Origin: an uncultured Alphaproteobacteria bacterium
GTDB lineage: Bacteria > Pseudomonadota > Alphaproteobacteria > UBA2966
Length of the DNA stretch: 64,000 nucleotides
Assembly: GCA_958295725.1 (NCBI GenBank)
Contig: OY282368.1
Coordinates: 3,393,827 to 3,457,826, forward strand
Reading direction: 5' to 3'
Shown: positions 49,414 to 60,497 of the stretch, piece by piece
How the letters are laid out: the number at the start of each line of letters is the position of its first letter
How positions within the stretch are numbered: the first letter of the stretch is position 1
The notes under the pieces: generated by a model
Seen by the model: the letters and a program-made list of their open reading frames with translations, nothing else
Database searches by the model: none
What the model was told of the DNA's origin: nothing
Position numbers and translations under genes: made by a program

Positions 49414-50129
49414 GGACTGGCCGTCCCGGACAGGAGGTCAAGGAGGGATTCCCGTTCCGGCCGTTCGGCGACGTGAACGCCGCGCCATTCGAGGGCGGGC
49501 AATTCCTCCGCAACCGCTCGGCTGAGGCAGTACGCGTTCAACATTCGGCAGGCTTGGGCCAATCCCGCATCGCGTGTCAGCCTAACAAAGGTCTTCGCGG
49601 CGCGGGGAGAGAAAAAGACCACCGCGTCGGCGTCTCCGGATCGAAGCGCCGCGTCCGCGGCGGCGGGCAGGGCGACGGCGGCCCGGGCCTCGTAGAGGGT
49701 GACGCGGCGGGCCACGAACCCGGCGGCGACCAGCGCGCCCGCGAGGTCTCCTGCGACTTCGGCGCCTGCCGCATGCAATAGCGCGCCGGCGCTCGGGTCC
49801 AGCGTGGACATGACGGTGTCCGTCAGGGCCTCGACGTCGCCGCCCGCCCGGGTCACCCGAGCGAAGCCCAGTTCGGCGGCCACGCGCGCCGTCGTATCGC
49901 CGACGGCGAAGAGGGCCACGTCTCGGATCTCCGTCGCCGCCGCGAGCGCCCGGACGCCATTCGCGCTCGTCGCCATCACGGCCTGCACGCCCCGGAGATC
50001 GAGCGACTCCGGCGGCTGCCCGAACCTGATATCCAGAAATGGCGCCTCGATCGCCTCGTGGCCCAGTCGGGCAAGCGCATCCGTCAGCGCCGCGGCGTCG
50101 GGGCGGGGTCGGGTGTTGATGACGCGCAC
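49410..50129 (-). CDS. hemD: Uroporphyrinogen-III synthase
   Basis: VINTRP, TSANGV, AVGDTTA and FFSPRAA motifs. Confidence 0.93.
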   Translation of the reverse strand: MRVINTRPRPDAAALTDALARLGHEAIEAPFLDIRFGQPPESLDLRGVQAVMATSANGVRALAAATEIRDVALFAVGDTTARVAAELGFARVTRAGGDVEALTDTVMSTLDPSAGALLHAAGAEVAGDLAGALVAAGFVARRVTLYEARAAVALPAAADAALRSGDADAVVFFSPRAAKTFVRLTRDAGLAQACRMLNAYCLSRAVAEELPALEWRGVHVAERPERESLLDLLSGTASP

Positions 50130-50132
50130 GGC

Positions 50133-51086
50133 TCAGGGCCCGGCGAGGAACTCGGGACCCACGCGCGCCCGGAGCTCCATGCCCGCGTCGCGCCCGAGCG
50201 CCTCGGCGTCCGCGGGAACTCCGTCGCGACGAGTTTCGAGCATGTCGCTCCCATCCGTTCTGAACACACGCGCCATGAGTTGCAGGCGATTCTCGACGAG
50301 TCGCGCGTGCGCGGCGATGGGCGTGCGGCAGGTTCCGTCGAGCGCGGCCAGGACACCCCGCTCGCAGGTAACGCAAGCGTGGGTGTCGGGATCGTCGAGG
50401 GGCGCCAGAAGTTCGTGGGCGCGTGTATCGCCGCTTCGGCATTCCACCCCGATGGCGCCCTGGCCCGCGGCCGGCAGCATTTCCTCCGGCGGCAGGACGG
50501 CCGTGGCCCGTCCGGCGAGCCCGAGGCGGTTGAGACCCGCCAGCGCCAACAACGTCGCGGCGACATCGCCACGCTCGATCTTGGCGAGGCGCGTATCGAC
50601 GTTGCCTCGGAACATGACGACCTCGAGGTCTTCGCGGGCGTGCTTGAGGTGCGCCCGCCGTCGCTGCGAAGCGGTGCCCACGACGGCGCCCGCCGGCAGC
50701 GCGACGATACTGTCCGCGACCGTACTGACGAGCGCGTCGCGGGGATCTTCCCGCAGCGGCATACAGGGCACCGAGATACCGTCGGGGAGCGCGGTTTCGA
50801 GGTCCTTCATGGAATGCACCGCGATGTCGACGTCGCCAGCGAGCAGTGCCTCCTCTACCTCCTTGGCGAACAGACCCTTGCCGCCGACCTCGGCGAGCGG
50901 CCGGTCGGTCACGCGGTCGCCCGCGGTGCGGATGACCACGAGCTCGATGTCGTCGGCCCTCAACGCGTCGTGCGCCGCCGCCAATCCGGCCCGAACCTGC
51001 TCGGCCTGGGCGAGAGCGAGTTCGCTGCCGCGGGTGCCGATGCGCACCGCGGCGCGCGCGCGCGCGTCCGTGCGTTGCGCCGTCAT
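50133..51086 (-). CDS. hemC: Hydroxymethylbilane synthase
   Basis: IGTRGSELALAQ, GGKGLFAKE, AVHSMKD and LDGTCRTPI motifs. Confidence 0.96.
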   Translation of the reverse strand: MTAQRTDARARAAVRIGTRGSELALAQAEQVRAGLAAAHDALRADDIELVVIRTAGDRVTDRPLAEVGGKGLFAKEVEEALLAGDVDIAVHSMKDLETALPDGISVPCMPLREDPRDALVSTVADSIVALPAGAVVGTASQRRRAHLKHAREDLEVVMFRGNVDTRLAKIERGDVAATLLALAGLNRLGLAGRATAVLPPEEMLPAAGQGAIGVECRSGDTRAHELLAPLDDPDTHACVTCERGVLAALDGTCRTPIAAHARLVENRLQLMARVFRTDGSDMLETRRDGVPADAEALGRDAGMELRARVGPEFLAGP

Positions 51087-51181
51087 GACTAGGGTGCTAG
51101 TGCGTGACGCGGAAGAGGGCAAGCGAAATCGGGGCGCGTACATGGCCTTCCACGAGAAGCATGCGCCACGAGGAGCACGCG

Positions 51182-52249
51182 ATGGTCGTGCTGGGCATCG
51201 AGACGAGCTGCGACGAGACGGCGGCCGCGGTGGTGGATGGCGAGCGGCGGATCCTGTCGAGTATCGTCCTGTCGCAACTGGACGAGCACCGCGTGTATGG
51301 CGGCGTGGTGCCGGAGATCGCCTCGCGCGCCCACATCCGCCATCTGGACGGCATCGTCGACCGGGCCATGCGCGAGGCCGACACCCGCTACGTGGACCTC
51401 TCGGGCGTCGCCGCCACGGCGGGACCGGGCCTGATCGGGGGCGTCATGGTGGGGTTGGTGACCGGCAAGGCCATCGCCGCATCGACCGCGCGGCCCCTGG
51501 TCGCGGTCAACCATCTTGAGGGGCACGCACTCTCCGTCCGACTCACCGACGGTATCGAGTTCCCCTATCTGCTGCTGCTCGTATCGGGCGGCCATTGCCA
51601 ACTCGTCGAGGTCGCCGGCGTCGGCGCCTACCGGCGGCTCGGCACCACGATCGACGATGCCGTCGGCGAGGCGTTCGACAAGACCGCGAAGATGCTCGGC
51701 CTCGGATATCCGGGCGGACCCGCGGTGGAACGTGCGGCTCGCGAGGGAGATCCCGCACGTTTCGACCTTCCAAGACCGCTGCGCGGCCGGCCCGGCTGCG
51801 ACTTCTCGTTTTCGGGACTGAAGACCGCGGTGCGCCACGCCGTCGCCGGCCTGACCGACGGCGTTCCCGGAACCAGGGACGCGGCCGATCTGGCCGCATC
51901 GTTTCAGACCGCGGTGGGTGACGTGTTCGTCGACCGCACCGCGAATGCCCTGAAAACCTACGCGGAGCGACACCCGCGCGCGCGCCGCCTCGTGGTCGCG
52001 GGCGGTGTCGCGGCGAACGGTTACCTGCGCCGGCGCCTGGAGGCCGTGTGCGCCGCGGCGGACTTCTCCATGTGGGCGCCGCCGCCGGATCTCTGCACCG
52101 ACAACGCCGCGATGATCGCCTGGGCGGGCGTGGAACGCCTGCGGCGCGGTCTGACGGACCCGCTCGACACGCCGGCGCGCGCGCGCTGGCCCCTCGACGA
52201 GACGCGCCCGCTCCGCTCCATGAACGAGGACGGAAAGGACACTCCATGA
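51182..52249 (+). CDS. tsaD: tRNA N6-adenosine threonylcarbamoyltransferase
   Basis: [34 protein letters not shown] and CTDNAAMIA motifs. Confidence 0.97.
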   Translation: MVVLGIETSCDETAAAVVDGERRILSSIVLSQLDEHRVYGGVVPEIASRAHIRHLDGIVDRAMREADTRYVDLSGVAATAGPGLIGGVMVGLVTGKAIAASTARPLVAVNHLEGHALSVRLTDGIEFPYLLLLVSGGHCQLVEVAGVGAYRRLGTTIDDAVGEAFDKTAKMLGLGYPGGPAVERAAREGDPARFDLPRPLRGRPGCDFSFSGLKTAVRHAVAGLTDGVPGTRDAADLAASFQTAVGDVFVDRTANALKTYAERHPRARRLVVAGGVAANGYLRRRLEAVCAAADFSMWAPPPDLCTDNAAMIAWAGVERLRRGLTDPLDTPARARWPLDETRPLRSMNEDGKDTP

Positions 52250-52551
52250 TCGCTGTAATCTTCGAGGTGACGCCGGACGAGGGCCGGACCGACGACTATT
52301 TCGACTTGGCCGCGGCGCTCCGGGACGAGGTCGAGGCCATCGACGGATTCGTCTCCGTGGAACGGTTCGAGAGCCTGACCACGCCGGGCAAGTACCTGTC
52401 GCTGTCGCTGTGGCGTGACGAGGAGGCCGTGAGGGCCTGGCGCGCGAACGCGAGCCACCAGGCGGCCCAGGCGAAGGGCAAGGAGGGGATCTTCGCGAGC
52501 TATCGCATCCGCGTCGCCGACGTCGTGCGGGAGCATTCGTTCGGTGCTTGA
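52246..52551 (+). CDS. Antibiotic biosynthesis monooxygenase (ABM) family protein
   Basis: [39 protein letters not shown] motif; ATGA overlap with tsaD. Confidence 0.88.
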   Translation: MIAVIFEVTPDEGRTDDYFDLAAALRDEVEAIDGFVSVERFESLTTPGKYLSLSLWRDEEAVRAWRANASHQAAQAKGKEGIFASYRIRVADVVREHSFGA

Positions 52552-52581
52552 CCGCGAGTCGCCGACAACGGGGTGGACGGC

Positions 52582-53586
52582 ATGACGGCGCGCTATGGGC
52601 GCATCGGCATCGTCGGCGCCGGCGCGTGGGGAACGGCGCTGGCGACGGTCGCCCGAAGGCGAGACCGCGAGGTCCTCGTCTGGGCCCGCGAGTCTGCCGT
52701 CGTGGAGGCCATAAACAACGAGCATCGCAACGCGGCGTTCCTGCCCGATGTCTCCCTGGACCCGCGGGTCCGGGCGACGAGCGACCTCGCCGAGATCCGC
52801 GCCGCCGACGCCGTGCTGCTGGTGGTGCCCGGCCAGTTTCTGCGCGGCGTCTGCGAATCGATGGCTCCGGGTTGGCCCGGCGGCGTCCCGGCGGTGATCT
52901 GCGCCAAGGGTATCGAGGAAGACACCCGCGCCCTGATGACCGAGGTGGTCGCGGACGCCCTGCCGGGCGTGTCCCAAGCGGTCCTGTCCGGTCCGACGTT
53001 CGCCGCCGAGGTGGCGAAGGGCCTGCCCACGGCCGTCACCGTCGCCTGCGAGGACGATTCCATCGCCGATGCCCTGATCGACGCCCTCGGCTCGACGACC
53101 TTCCGGACCTACCGCTCGAACGATCTGGTCGGCGCCGAGATCGGGGGCGTCGTGAAGAACGTCCTGGCGATCGCCTGCGGCATCTCGACGGGGCTCGAAT
53201 TGGGATCGAATGCCCGCGCGGCCCTGATCGCCCGGGGCCTCGTGGAGATGCTGCGGCTGGGCGAGGCCAAGGGCGCCCGGCGCGCGACCCTCTTCGGTCT
53301 CGCCGGTCTTGGCGATCTGGTGTTGACGTGTTCGTCGGCGCAGTCGCGCAACATGAGCCTCGGGGCGGCGCTCGGCCGAGGCGAGCGTTTCGAGGATGTC
53401 GTGGCGAGCCGGCGTTCGATCGCGGAGGGCGTATTCAACGCGCGCGCGGTGGCCGGGCTCGCGCGCGACCTGTCCATCGACATGCCGATCTGCGAGGCCG
53501 TCGACGCTATTCTCCACGAGGGCGCGTCGGTCGAGGACGAGATCCGCAAGCTGCTGTCCCGGCCCCTGGGCGACGACGTGGCCTGA
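52582..53586 (+). CDS. gpsA: NAD(P)H-dependent glycerol-3-phosphate dehydrogenase
   Basis: GAGAWGTALA, LSGPTFA, KNVLAIACG and GLGDLVLTCSS..SRN motifs. Confidence 0.96.
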   Translation: MTARYGRIGIVGAGAWGTALATVARRRDREVLVWARESAVVEAINNEHRNAAFLPDVSLDPRVRATSDLAEIRAADAVLLVVPGQFLRGVCESMAPGWPGGVPAVICAKGIEEDTRALMTEVVADALPGVSQAVLSGPTFAAEVAKGLPTAVTVACEDDSIADALIDALGSTTFRTYRSNDLVGAEIGGVVKNVLAIACGISTGLELGSNARAALIARGLVEMLRLGEAKGARRATLFGLAGLGDLVLTCSSAQSRNMSLGAALGRGERFEDVVASRRSIAEGVFNARAVAGLARDLSIDMPICEAVDAILHEGASVEDEIRKLLSRPLGDDVA

Positions 53587-53673
53587 GCCGGACCGCGCCG
53601 ATTGGCGTGGTCGCGGAGGCGCTCTAGAGTCGCGTTCGACATGCTCGCGGAAGACCGAAGGGAGGCCCTGCGG

Positions 53674-54087
53674 ATGGCGTACTGGTTGATGAAGTCCGAA
53701 CCCGGGATGTGGTCTTGGGACGATCAGGTCAAGGAGAGCCCCGCGGAATGGGACGGCGTGCGCAACCATCAGGCGTCCAACAACATGAAAGCCATGAAGA
53801 TCGGCGACAGGGCCTTCTTCTATCATTCGGGCAAGGACCGGGAGGTCGTCGGCGTCGTCCGCATCGTCAAGGAGTACTACCCGGACCATACCGATCCGAC
53901 TGGAAAGTTCGGCATGGTGGACGTCGAGGCGGTCGAACCCCTGAAGACGCCCGTGAGCCTCGCCGACATCAAGGCCCGTCCCGAACTCGGCGAACTCCCG
54001 CTGGTGCGCCAGTCCCGCCTCTCGGTCATGCCGGTCGAGCCCGATCACTGGAAGCGCATCTGCGAGATGGGCGGTATCGACCCCTGA
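53674..54087 (+). CDS. EVE domain protein
   Basis: MAYWLMKSEP, WDGVRNHQA, FFYHS and RQSRLSV motifs. Confidence 0.93.
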   Translation: MAYWLMKSEPGMWSWDDQVKESPAEWDGVRNHQASNNMKAMKIGDRAFFYHSGKDREVVGVVRIVKEYYPDHTDPTGKFGMVDVEAVEPLKTPVSLADIKARPELGELPLVRQSRLSVMPVEPDHWKRICEMGGIDP

Positions 54088-54461
54088 GCCGGGACGACCC
54101 GGCCAACGCCCCCCCGCCGGGGCGCGTGCTCTGCCGCCTGGACGACCTCGCGGACCGGAGCGGCAAGGGGTTCGGCTTCGGCGGCGGCGGCGAGCGTTTC
54201 GAGATGTTCATCGTGCGCCGCGGCGACCAGGTGTTCGGATACGTCAATGTCTGTCCGCACGCGCGGACCCCCCTCGACTGGACGCCCGACCGGTTCCTGA
54301 CCCGCGACAGGGAGAATCTCCTCTGCGCCACCCATGGCGCCCGGTTCCGGATCGAGGACGGGTTCTGCGTCGCCGGCCCCTGTCCGGGGGCGTCGCTGAC
54401 GCCCGTGCCCGTCGCCGTCGAGGACGGCAACGTCGTCGTCGCGGGCCCGATCGGACGCTGA
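54084..54461 (+). CDS. Rieske [2Fe-2S] protein (start uncertain: CTG 54084 or GTG 54126)
   Basis: YVNVCPH and LLCATHGARF..G.C..GPC motifs. Confidence 0.88.
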   Translation: MSRDDPANAPPPGRVLCRLDDLADRSGKGFGFGGGGERFEMFIVRRGDQVFGYVNVCPHARTPLDWTPDRFLTRDRENLLCATHGARFRIEDGFCVAGPCPGASLTPVPVAVEDGNVVVAGPIGR

Positions 54462-54510
54462 CGTGGCCGTCGACGGACGATCTCCGGCCCCTCGGCGGGC
54501 CGGAGCAGCG

Positions 54511-55260
54511 TCAATCCCGCAGGAATTCCCGGTAGTCGGCGGCGAGATCCTCGGCGGCGAGCTCGAGAAGCTCCCTGCCGTGCTCGGGCGTGGCGAGGGA
54601 CGGATCGGAGGCCATGCGCCCGTCCGGGAACCGGCGCCGATAGTCCTCCGCGTCGGTGAAGGAAAAGCCTCCGGCGGGCGGCGGCGGCCGGGGCAGTTCC
54701 GCAACCTTGATGGCGTCGGGGCGGACGTACTGCGTGACGGCGATCTCGGACGGCGTGGCGTGATACCCCTCCTTGTCGCCGTAGAAGTTCCTGGCGAGCG
54801 CTTGCACGCGGGGCTGCTGGTACCAGTTGCGGAGCGCACAACGCACGCGAGGCCGGTCACCGCCGCCGTCGATGCTGGTCTGGGCGTAGACCTCCTGGAA
54901 GGCCGTCCGCACCGTCGAGACGTTCCCGCCGTGGCCGTTGATGAAATAGAAGCGCTCGAAGCCGTGCCGCGCGAGCGAGTCGACGTAGTCGGAGATGACG
55001 GACACCAGGGTGGAGGGTCGAAGCGTCATCGAGCCGGTAAAGGCCATATGGTGCTGCGCCATGCCGACGCCGATCGTGGGACCCACAACGGCCCCGGCGA
55101 TCTCTCCCGCCGCCGTGGCGATGGCTTCCGCGCAGATGGCGTCGGTTCCGATCAACCCGGTGGGGCCGTGCTGCTCGGTCGACCCGATGGGCATCATGAT
55201 GCCGGTCGACGCTTTCAGGCAGGTCTCGACTTCCCGCCACGTCATGAGATGCAGGAGCAT
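54511..55260 (-). CDS. Creatininase family amidohydrolase
   Basis: PIGSTEQHGP, NGHGGN and HA..SE motifs. Confidence 0.9.
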   Translation of the reverse strand: MLLHLMTWREVETCLKASTGIMMPIGSTEQHGPTGLIGTDAICAEAIATAAGEIAGAVVGPTIGVGMAQHHMAFTGSMTLRPSTLVSVISDYVDSLARHGFERFYFINGHGGNVSTVRTAFQEVYAQTSIDGGGDRPRVRCALRNWYQQPRVQALARNFYGDKEGYHATPSEIAVTQYVRPDAIKVAELPRPPPPAGGFSFTDAEDYRRRFPDGRMASDPSLATPEHGRELLELAAEDLAADYREFLRD

Positions 55261-55556
55261 GGTTGCCGCCTCCCCGGCCGACTTATCCTTAGCGGTCGCG
55301 CGCCCCGCTGTCCAATCCCCGCCCTGGTTCGCCACATGCTTCCCGACAGAAGGTGGCTGAAAGGGGGAGCGTCCCGATAACACCCTTCACATACCGTTAT
55401 CCGTCCGAACCGGGTCGCTCCCGCCTCCCTGTCCGACCCCGTCTTGTGGCGCCGCCCGAAACGAATCAATAATCCGACCGGAACGTCGAAACGAACGCCC
55501 GCGCCTCGCTGGAATTCCCCCGGCGTGGCGCCCGTCCCCAGGGAGACGCCCGAGCC

Positions 55557-57497
55557 ATGTCGGAACGAGCCCTCTATCCGGTTTCCGAGGAATGGAAGCG
55601 CGGAACGCTGTGCGACAGCGAGACCTACCGGAGCATGTACGAGCGATCGGTCGCGGACCCCGAGGCCTTCTGGGCCGAGCACGGCAAGCGGATCGACTGG
55701 ATCAGACCCTACGCCAAGATCAAGGACGTTTCCTACGCGGCCGACGATCTGCACGTCAGGTGGTTCCACGACGGAACTCTGAACGTCAGCGCCAATTGCA
55801 TCGACCGGCATCTCGCGTCCCGCGGCGACAAGCCCGCCATCGTCTGGGAAGGCGACGACCCCGAGGACGACAGGACCATCACCTACCGGGAGTTGCACGA
55901 CGAGGTGTGCAGGCTCGCCAACGGGCTCAAGTCCATCGGCGTGAAGAAGGGCGACCGCGTCACGATCTATCTGTCGATGGTCCCCGAGCTGGCCTACTCG
56001 ATGCTCGCCTGCGCGCGTATCGGCGCCATCCATTCGGTGGTCTTCGGCGGCTTTTCGCCCGACTCGCTCGCGGGACGCATCCAGGACTGCGATTCCAGCG
56101 TCGTCATCACCGCCGACGAGGGCGTTCGCGGCAACCGTCCCATTCCCCTCAAAGCCAACGTCGACGCCGCCCTGGAGAGCTGCCCGACGATCGAGAAATG
56201 CATCGTGGTCAAACGCACGGGCGGTGACATCGGCTGGGTGGAAGGACGCGACGTCCGGTATGAAGATCTGGTCGCGGACCAGCCCACCGCCTGCGACCCC
56301 GAGGAGATGGGGGCGGAGGACCCGCTGTTCATCCTCTACACCTCGGGCAGCACGGGAAAGCCGAAGGGCGTGCTGCACACGAGCGGCGGATACATCGTGT
56401 ACGCCTCGATGACCCACGAGTACATCTTCGACTACCACGACGGAGACGTGTACTGGTGCACCGCCGACGCCGGCTGGATCACGGGGCACAGCTACATCGT
56501 CTATGGACCGCTCGCCAACGGCGCCATCACGGTGATGTTCGAGGGCGTGCCCAACTACCCCGATTCGTCGCGCTTCTGGCAGGTCTGCGACAAGCACGGC
56601 GTCAACATCTTCTATACGGCGCCGACGGCCATCCGTGCGCTGATGCGGGAAGGCGACGAGCCGGTGAAGAAAACGAGCCGCGAGTCCGTGCGGCTCCTCG
56701 GCACCGTGGGCGAGCCGATCAACCCGGAGGCCTGGAACTGGTATTACGATGTCGTCGGCGACGGCCGCTGCCCCATCGTCGACACGTGGTGGCAGACGGA
56801 GACGGGCGGGGTCTGCATCACGCCGTTGCCCGGCGCCACGGACCTCAAGCCGGGCTCCGCCACCCGGCCGTTCTTCGGCGTCCGGACGGTCGTTGTCGAC
56901 GCGGACGGTAACGAGCTCGAGGGCGCCTGCGAGGGCAACCTGTGTATCGCCGATTCCTGGCCGGGACAGATGCGGACGGTGTTCCGCGATCATGAGCGCT
57001 TCGTCCAGACCTACTTCAGCCAGTATCCGGGCCGGTATTTCACCGGAGACGGATGCCGTCGGGACGAGGATGGCTATTACTGGATCACCGGCCGCGTCGA
57101 CGACGTGATCAACGTGTCCGGCCACCGCATGGGCACGGCCGAGGTCGAGAGCGCGCTGGTGGCCCACCCGAAGGTATCGGAGTCGGCGGTGGTGGGTTAT
57201 CCCCACGACATCAAGGGGCAGGGCATCTACGCCTACGTCACCCTGATGGCCGGCGAGGAGCCTTCCGACGACCTGCGCGAGGAACTGGTGCGTTGGGTGC
57301 GCAAGGAGATCGGTCCCATCGCGTCGCCCGACCTGATCCAGTGGGCGCCGGGTCTGCCCAAGACCCGGTCGGGCAAGATCATGCGCCGCATCCTGCGCAA
57401 GATCGCCGCCGACGAGTCCAACGACCTTGGCGACACCTCGACCCTCGCGGACCCGGCGGTCGTGTCCGATCTGGTGGAAAACCGCATGAACCGCTGA
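55557..57497 (+). CDS. acs: Acetyl-CoA synthetase
   Basis: [21 protein letters not shown] and [16 protein letters not shown] motifs. Confidence 0.97.
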   Translation: MSERALYPVSEEWKRGTLCDSETYRSMYERSVADPEAFWAEHGKRIDWIRPYAKIKDVSYAADDLHVRWFHDGTLNVSANCIDRHLASRGDKPAIVWEGDDPEDDRTITYRELHDEVCRLANGLKSIGVKKGDRVTIYLSMVPELAYSMLACARIGAIHSVVFGGFSPDSLAGRIQDCDSSVVITADEGVRGNRPIPLKANVDAALESCPTIEKCIVVKRTGGDIGWVEGRDVRYEDLVADQPTACDPEEMGAEDPLFILYTSGSTGKPKGVLHTSGGYIVYASMTHEYIFDYHDGDVYWCTADAGWITGHSYIVYGPLANGAITVMFEGVPNYPDSSRFWQVCDKHGVNIFYTAPTAIRALMREGDEPVKKTSRESVRLLGTVGEPINPEAWNWYYDVVGDGRCPIVDTWWQTETGGVCITPLPGATDLKPGSATRPFFGVRTVVVDADGNELEGACEGNLCIADSWPGQMRTVFRDHERFVQTYFSQYPGRYFTGDGCRRDEDGYYWITGRVDDVINVSGHRMGTAEVESALVAHPKVSESAVVGYPHDIKGQGIYAYVTLMAGEEPSDDLREELVRWVRKEIGPIASPDLIQWAPGLPKTRSGKIMRRILRKIAADESNDLGDTSTLADPAVVSDLVENRMNR

Positions 57498-57871
57498 CGC
57501 GACGTGCTTGCGGCGGCTACGGAGCGGCAGCGGACGCGCGGCGCGCCGGACCGGCTGTCGCCACTCGTGCCGACGGTATTGCGAACGTCGGGAAACGCCT
57601 TCCACGTCGGTGTCGCGAGCCTGTGGAGTGCGCCATCAAGTCCCCGCCCGGCGAGCTCGACGTCCCGCCGGAGTTTGATCCGACCGTCGCCGAGGACCAC
57701 GCGATTCCGGGGATCGGGGTATCTCGCATCGAGGCCTGCGCCGCCCGTCGGCCCTTCGTCCTCGCGCGGTCCCGTTTCACGTACACCCCCTGACTCCGCC
57801 GGGGTTCCGTCGCTATACTCCGCGCATTCCCGGCGGCGGGCCGGAGTCGACGACGGTCGAGGAGGATAAGG

Positions 57872-58840
57872 ATGAGCGGCCTCACCCACCACACCAAGCG
57901 GGTCGACGGCGTGAAATGGCATTGGGTGGAGGCCGGCGACGGCGAGCCGGTGGTTCTGTTGCACGGCATCCCCGAGAGCTGGCAATGCTGGAAGCGCCAG
58001 ATCCCGACCCTCGCCACGCAGTTCCGCGTGTTCGCCTTCGATCTGAAGGGGTACGGCCAGTCGGACAAGCGGGACGGCGACTACACCGGCGCCAACGTCG
58101 CCCGCGAGCTCGTCGCGGTTCTCGATTCGCTCGGCGTCGACAGGTTCCGCCTCGCCGGCCACGACTGGGGATCGATCATCGGCGATCACGTCTGCGACCG
58201 CATCCCCGAACGCATCCAGCGTTACATGCGCTGCTCCATCTCGTTGCACGAATACGACGTCCGTAATTCGCTGCACCATCAGTGGAACGCCATGAACCCG
58301 GAGGACTGCGCCAGGCTCATGGCCAGGCCCGGCGCCTACGTGCGCGTCTGGTTCGAGAGCTCGTGCGGCGCCGGGACACAGCTCGGCGACGGCGAAATCG
58401 AGGAGATCGTGGCCGAGTTCTCCAGCCCGGGAACGGCGCGAGCGGTGCCGCGCTATTTCCGGGATATCCGGAAGAACAAGCCGGTGGACTACACGAAGTT
58501 CACCTTTCCCGTGGTCCAGGTCTTCGGCGCCCACGATCCGCGCCAGCCCATCGAGTACTTCCAGGGCCTCGAGAACCACATCCCCGGCCTCGAGGCGGTC
58601 ATGATGCTGGACGCGGGACACTTCGTGACCCGCGAGCGCCCGAGGGAGATGACCCAGGCGCTGATGTTCTTCTTCAATTCCATGCTGGCGCCCGGCGGTC
58701 CCCTGTTCGACCTGTCGCGCGAGCACGGCTTGCCGGTCCGCCCGGTCAAGCCGCGCGCCGCCTGGGGCGTCAACAGCTTCGACCCGAGGAAGGTGAAGGG
58801 CGGCGCGGCGCGGCGCGGCGGCCGCGCGAAATCCAGGTAG
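57872..58840 (+). CDS. Alpha/beta hydrolase, epoxide hydrolase/dehalogenase-like
   Basis: LHGIPE (HGxP), DLKGYGQSD, GHDWG Asp nucleophile, AGHF catalytic His. Confidence 0.87.
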   Translation: MSGLTHHTKRVDGVKWHWVEAGDGEPVVLLHGIPESWQCWKRQIPTLATQFRVFAFDLKGYGQSDKRDGDYTGANVARELVAVLDSLGVDRFRLAGHDWGSIIGDHVCDRIPERIQRYMRCSISLHEYDVRNSLHHQWNAMNPEDCARLMARPGAYVRVWFESSCGAGTQLGDGEIEEIVAEFSSPGTARAVPRYFRDIRKNKPVDYTKFTFPVVQVFGAHDPRQPIEYFQGLENHIPGLEAVMMLDAGHFVTRERPREMTQALMFFFNSMLAPGGPLFDLSREHGLPVRPVKPRAAWGVNSFDPRKVKGGAARRGGRAKSR

Positions 58841-58887
58841 CCCCGGCGCGATGTTCGCACCATGGCTCGTCCACAGGGAGTCACGAC

Positions 58888-59505
58888 ATGATCTATGAAA
58901 TCCGGACCTACGACTGCATCCCCGGCGGTGTGGGGGAGCTCATCGACGGGATCGGCGAGAAGTACGAGCATCGGGCGAGATATTCGGAGGTGGCGGGTTT
59001 CTGGCACACCGACATCGGCCCCCTGCATCAGGTGGTGCACATCTGGCCCTACGAAAGTCTCGACGACCGGCTGCGAGTCCGGGGAGAGGCGGCGAAGGAC
59101 GTGAACTGGCCGCCGGATGTGTCCCACCTCGTCGTCGGTATGCGGTCCGAGATCTGTCTGCCGGCTCCGTTCTGCCCCGAGACGCCCAAGGGCGATCTCG
59201 GCCCGGTCTACGAGATGCGCACCTATACCTTGAAACCGGGGTCGTTCCCGGAGGTCGCCAAGCGCTGGGAGTCGGCGATCGAGGAGCGCCTCAAGCTGTC
59301 GCCCCTGGCGTTCGCCGGCGTCACGGAGCATGGCGGCCTCAACAAGTTCGTCCATATCTGGCCGTACAAGAGCCTCGATCATCGCGCGGAGGTTCGCGCC
59401 AAGGCGCAGGCGACGGGCGTCTGGCCGCCCAGGGGCGGTCGCCAGTTCTCGCTCAGGCAGGAGAGCAAGATACTGTTGCCCGCTCCCTTCTCGCCCCTGC
59501 GATAG
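58888..59505 (+). CDS. NIPSNAP family protein (two domains)
   Basis: Duplicated YE.RTY...HIWPY.SL..R...R motif ending in PFSPLR. Confidence 0.9.
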   Translation: MIYEIRTYDCIPGGVGELIDGIGEKYEHRARYSEVAGFWHTDIGPLHQVVHIWPYESLDDRLRVRGEAAKDVNWPPDVSHLVVGMRSEICLPAPFCPETPKGDLGPVYEMRTYTLKPGSFPEVAKRWESAIEERLKLSPLAFAGVTEHGGLNKFVHIWPYKSLDHRAEVRAKAQATGVWPPRGGRQFSLRQESKILLPAPFSPLR

Positions 59506-59572
59506 GCCGGGGCAGGCGGGATGCGATCCCGGACAGGACCGCGCCGGGACGAGTAGAGGGGGTGGGGGAGCG

Positions 59573-60469
59573 ATGAGCACGATCGGCTTTATCGGCATCG
59601 GCAACATGGGATTGCCGATGTCGGCGAACCTCGCCAAGGCGGGATACGCCGTCCGCGCCTACGACGTGGTTCCGGAGAACGCGAAACGGGGGGAAGGGGC
59701 GGGATGCGTGGCCACCGGTTCCATCGCCGAGGCCTGCAACGGCGCCGAAGCGGTGATCTCCATCGTTCCCGAGGGCGACCACGTGCGCGCGGTCTATCTG
59801 GACGAGGGCGGCGTGCTCGATTCGGCGGCGCCGGACACCCTGCTCATCGACATGTCGACCATCGACCTCGCCACCGTACACGCGGTCCAGGGCGCGGCGC
59901 GGGAGCGTGGTTTCGAGATGCTGGACGCGCCCGTGTCCCGCGGAACCAAGGGCGCGCGGGAGGGGACGCTGGTGATCATCGCCGGCGCCACGGACGACGG
60001 CTTCGCGCGGGCCGGACCGTACTTCGACGTGCTCGGCGCCGACATCTTTCACACCGGCCCTCCCGGCGCCGGATGCGCCACGAAGATCTGCAACAACATG
60101 ATGATGGGCATCAATTTTCTCTGCGCCTCGGAGGGCCTGACGCTGGCGAGGCGCGTCGGTCTCGACGTCGACAAATTCTTCGAGATCGTCTCCAAATCGT
60201 CGGGCGCGAACTGGCCCCTCGTGGGCTACGGGATGATGCCGGGCATGGTTGAGGGCTGTCCCGCGGAGAACGACTACCGGCCCGGCTTCAGCGCCGCGAT
60301 GATGCGCAAGGATCTCCGCCTCTCCCAGCAGGCGGCGCAGGCGAACGGCGCGTCGACGCCGCTCGGCGCGCAGGCGCACGCCCTCTTCGCGCTCTACTGC
60401 GAGGCCGGGTACGGCGAGCTCGACGTCTCGTCCATCGTTCGCTTCATCGGCGGCGGGCTGTCGGAGTGA
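59573..60469 (+). CDS. mmsB: 3-hydroxyisobutyrate dehydrogenase-like enzyme
   Basis: FIGIGNMG, LDAPVS, KICNNM and PAENDYRPGFSAAMMRKDL motifs. Confidence 0.78.
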   Translation: MSTIGFIGIGNMGLPMSANLAKAGYAVRAYDVVPENAKRGEGAGCVATGSIAEACNGAEAVISIVPEGDHVRAVYLDEGGVLDSAAPDTLLIDMSTIDLATVHAVQGAARERGFEMLDAPVSRGTKGAREGTLVIIAGATDDGFARAGPYFDVLGADIFHTGPPGAGCATKICNNMMMGINFLCASEGLTLARRVGLDVDKFFEIVSKSSGANWPLVGYGMMPGMVEGCPAENDYRPGFSAAMMRKDLRLSQQAAQANGASTPLGAQAHALFALYCEAGYGELDVSSIVRFIGGGLSE

Positions 60470-60497
60470 CGGCCGACGACCAGGGGGAACCGGCGCC

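Noticed and set aside
53674-54087. EVE domain gene as a modification-dependent defence component
   Set aside because: It is a stand-alone EVE in the usual tsaD-gpsA neighbourhood with no nuclease partner.
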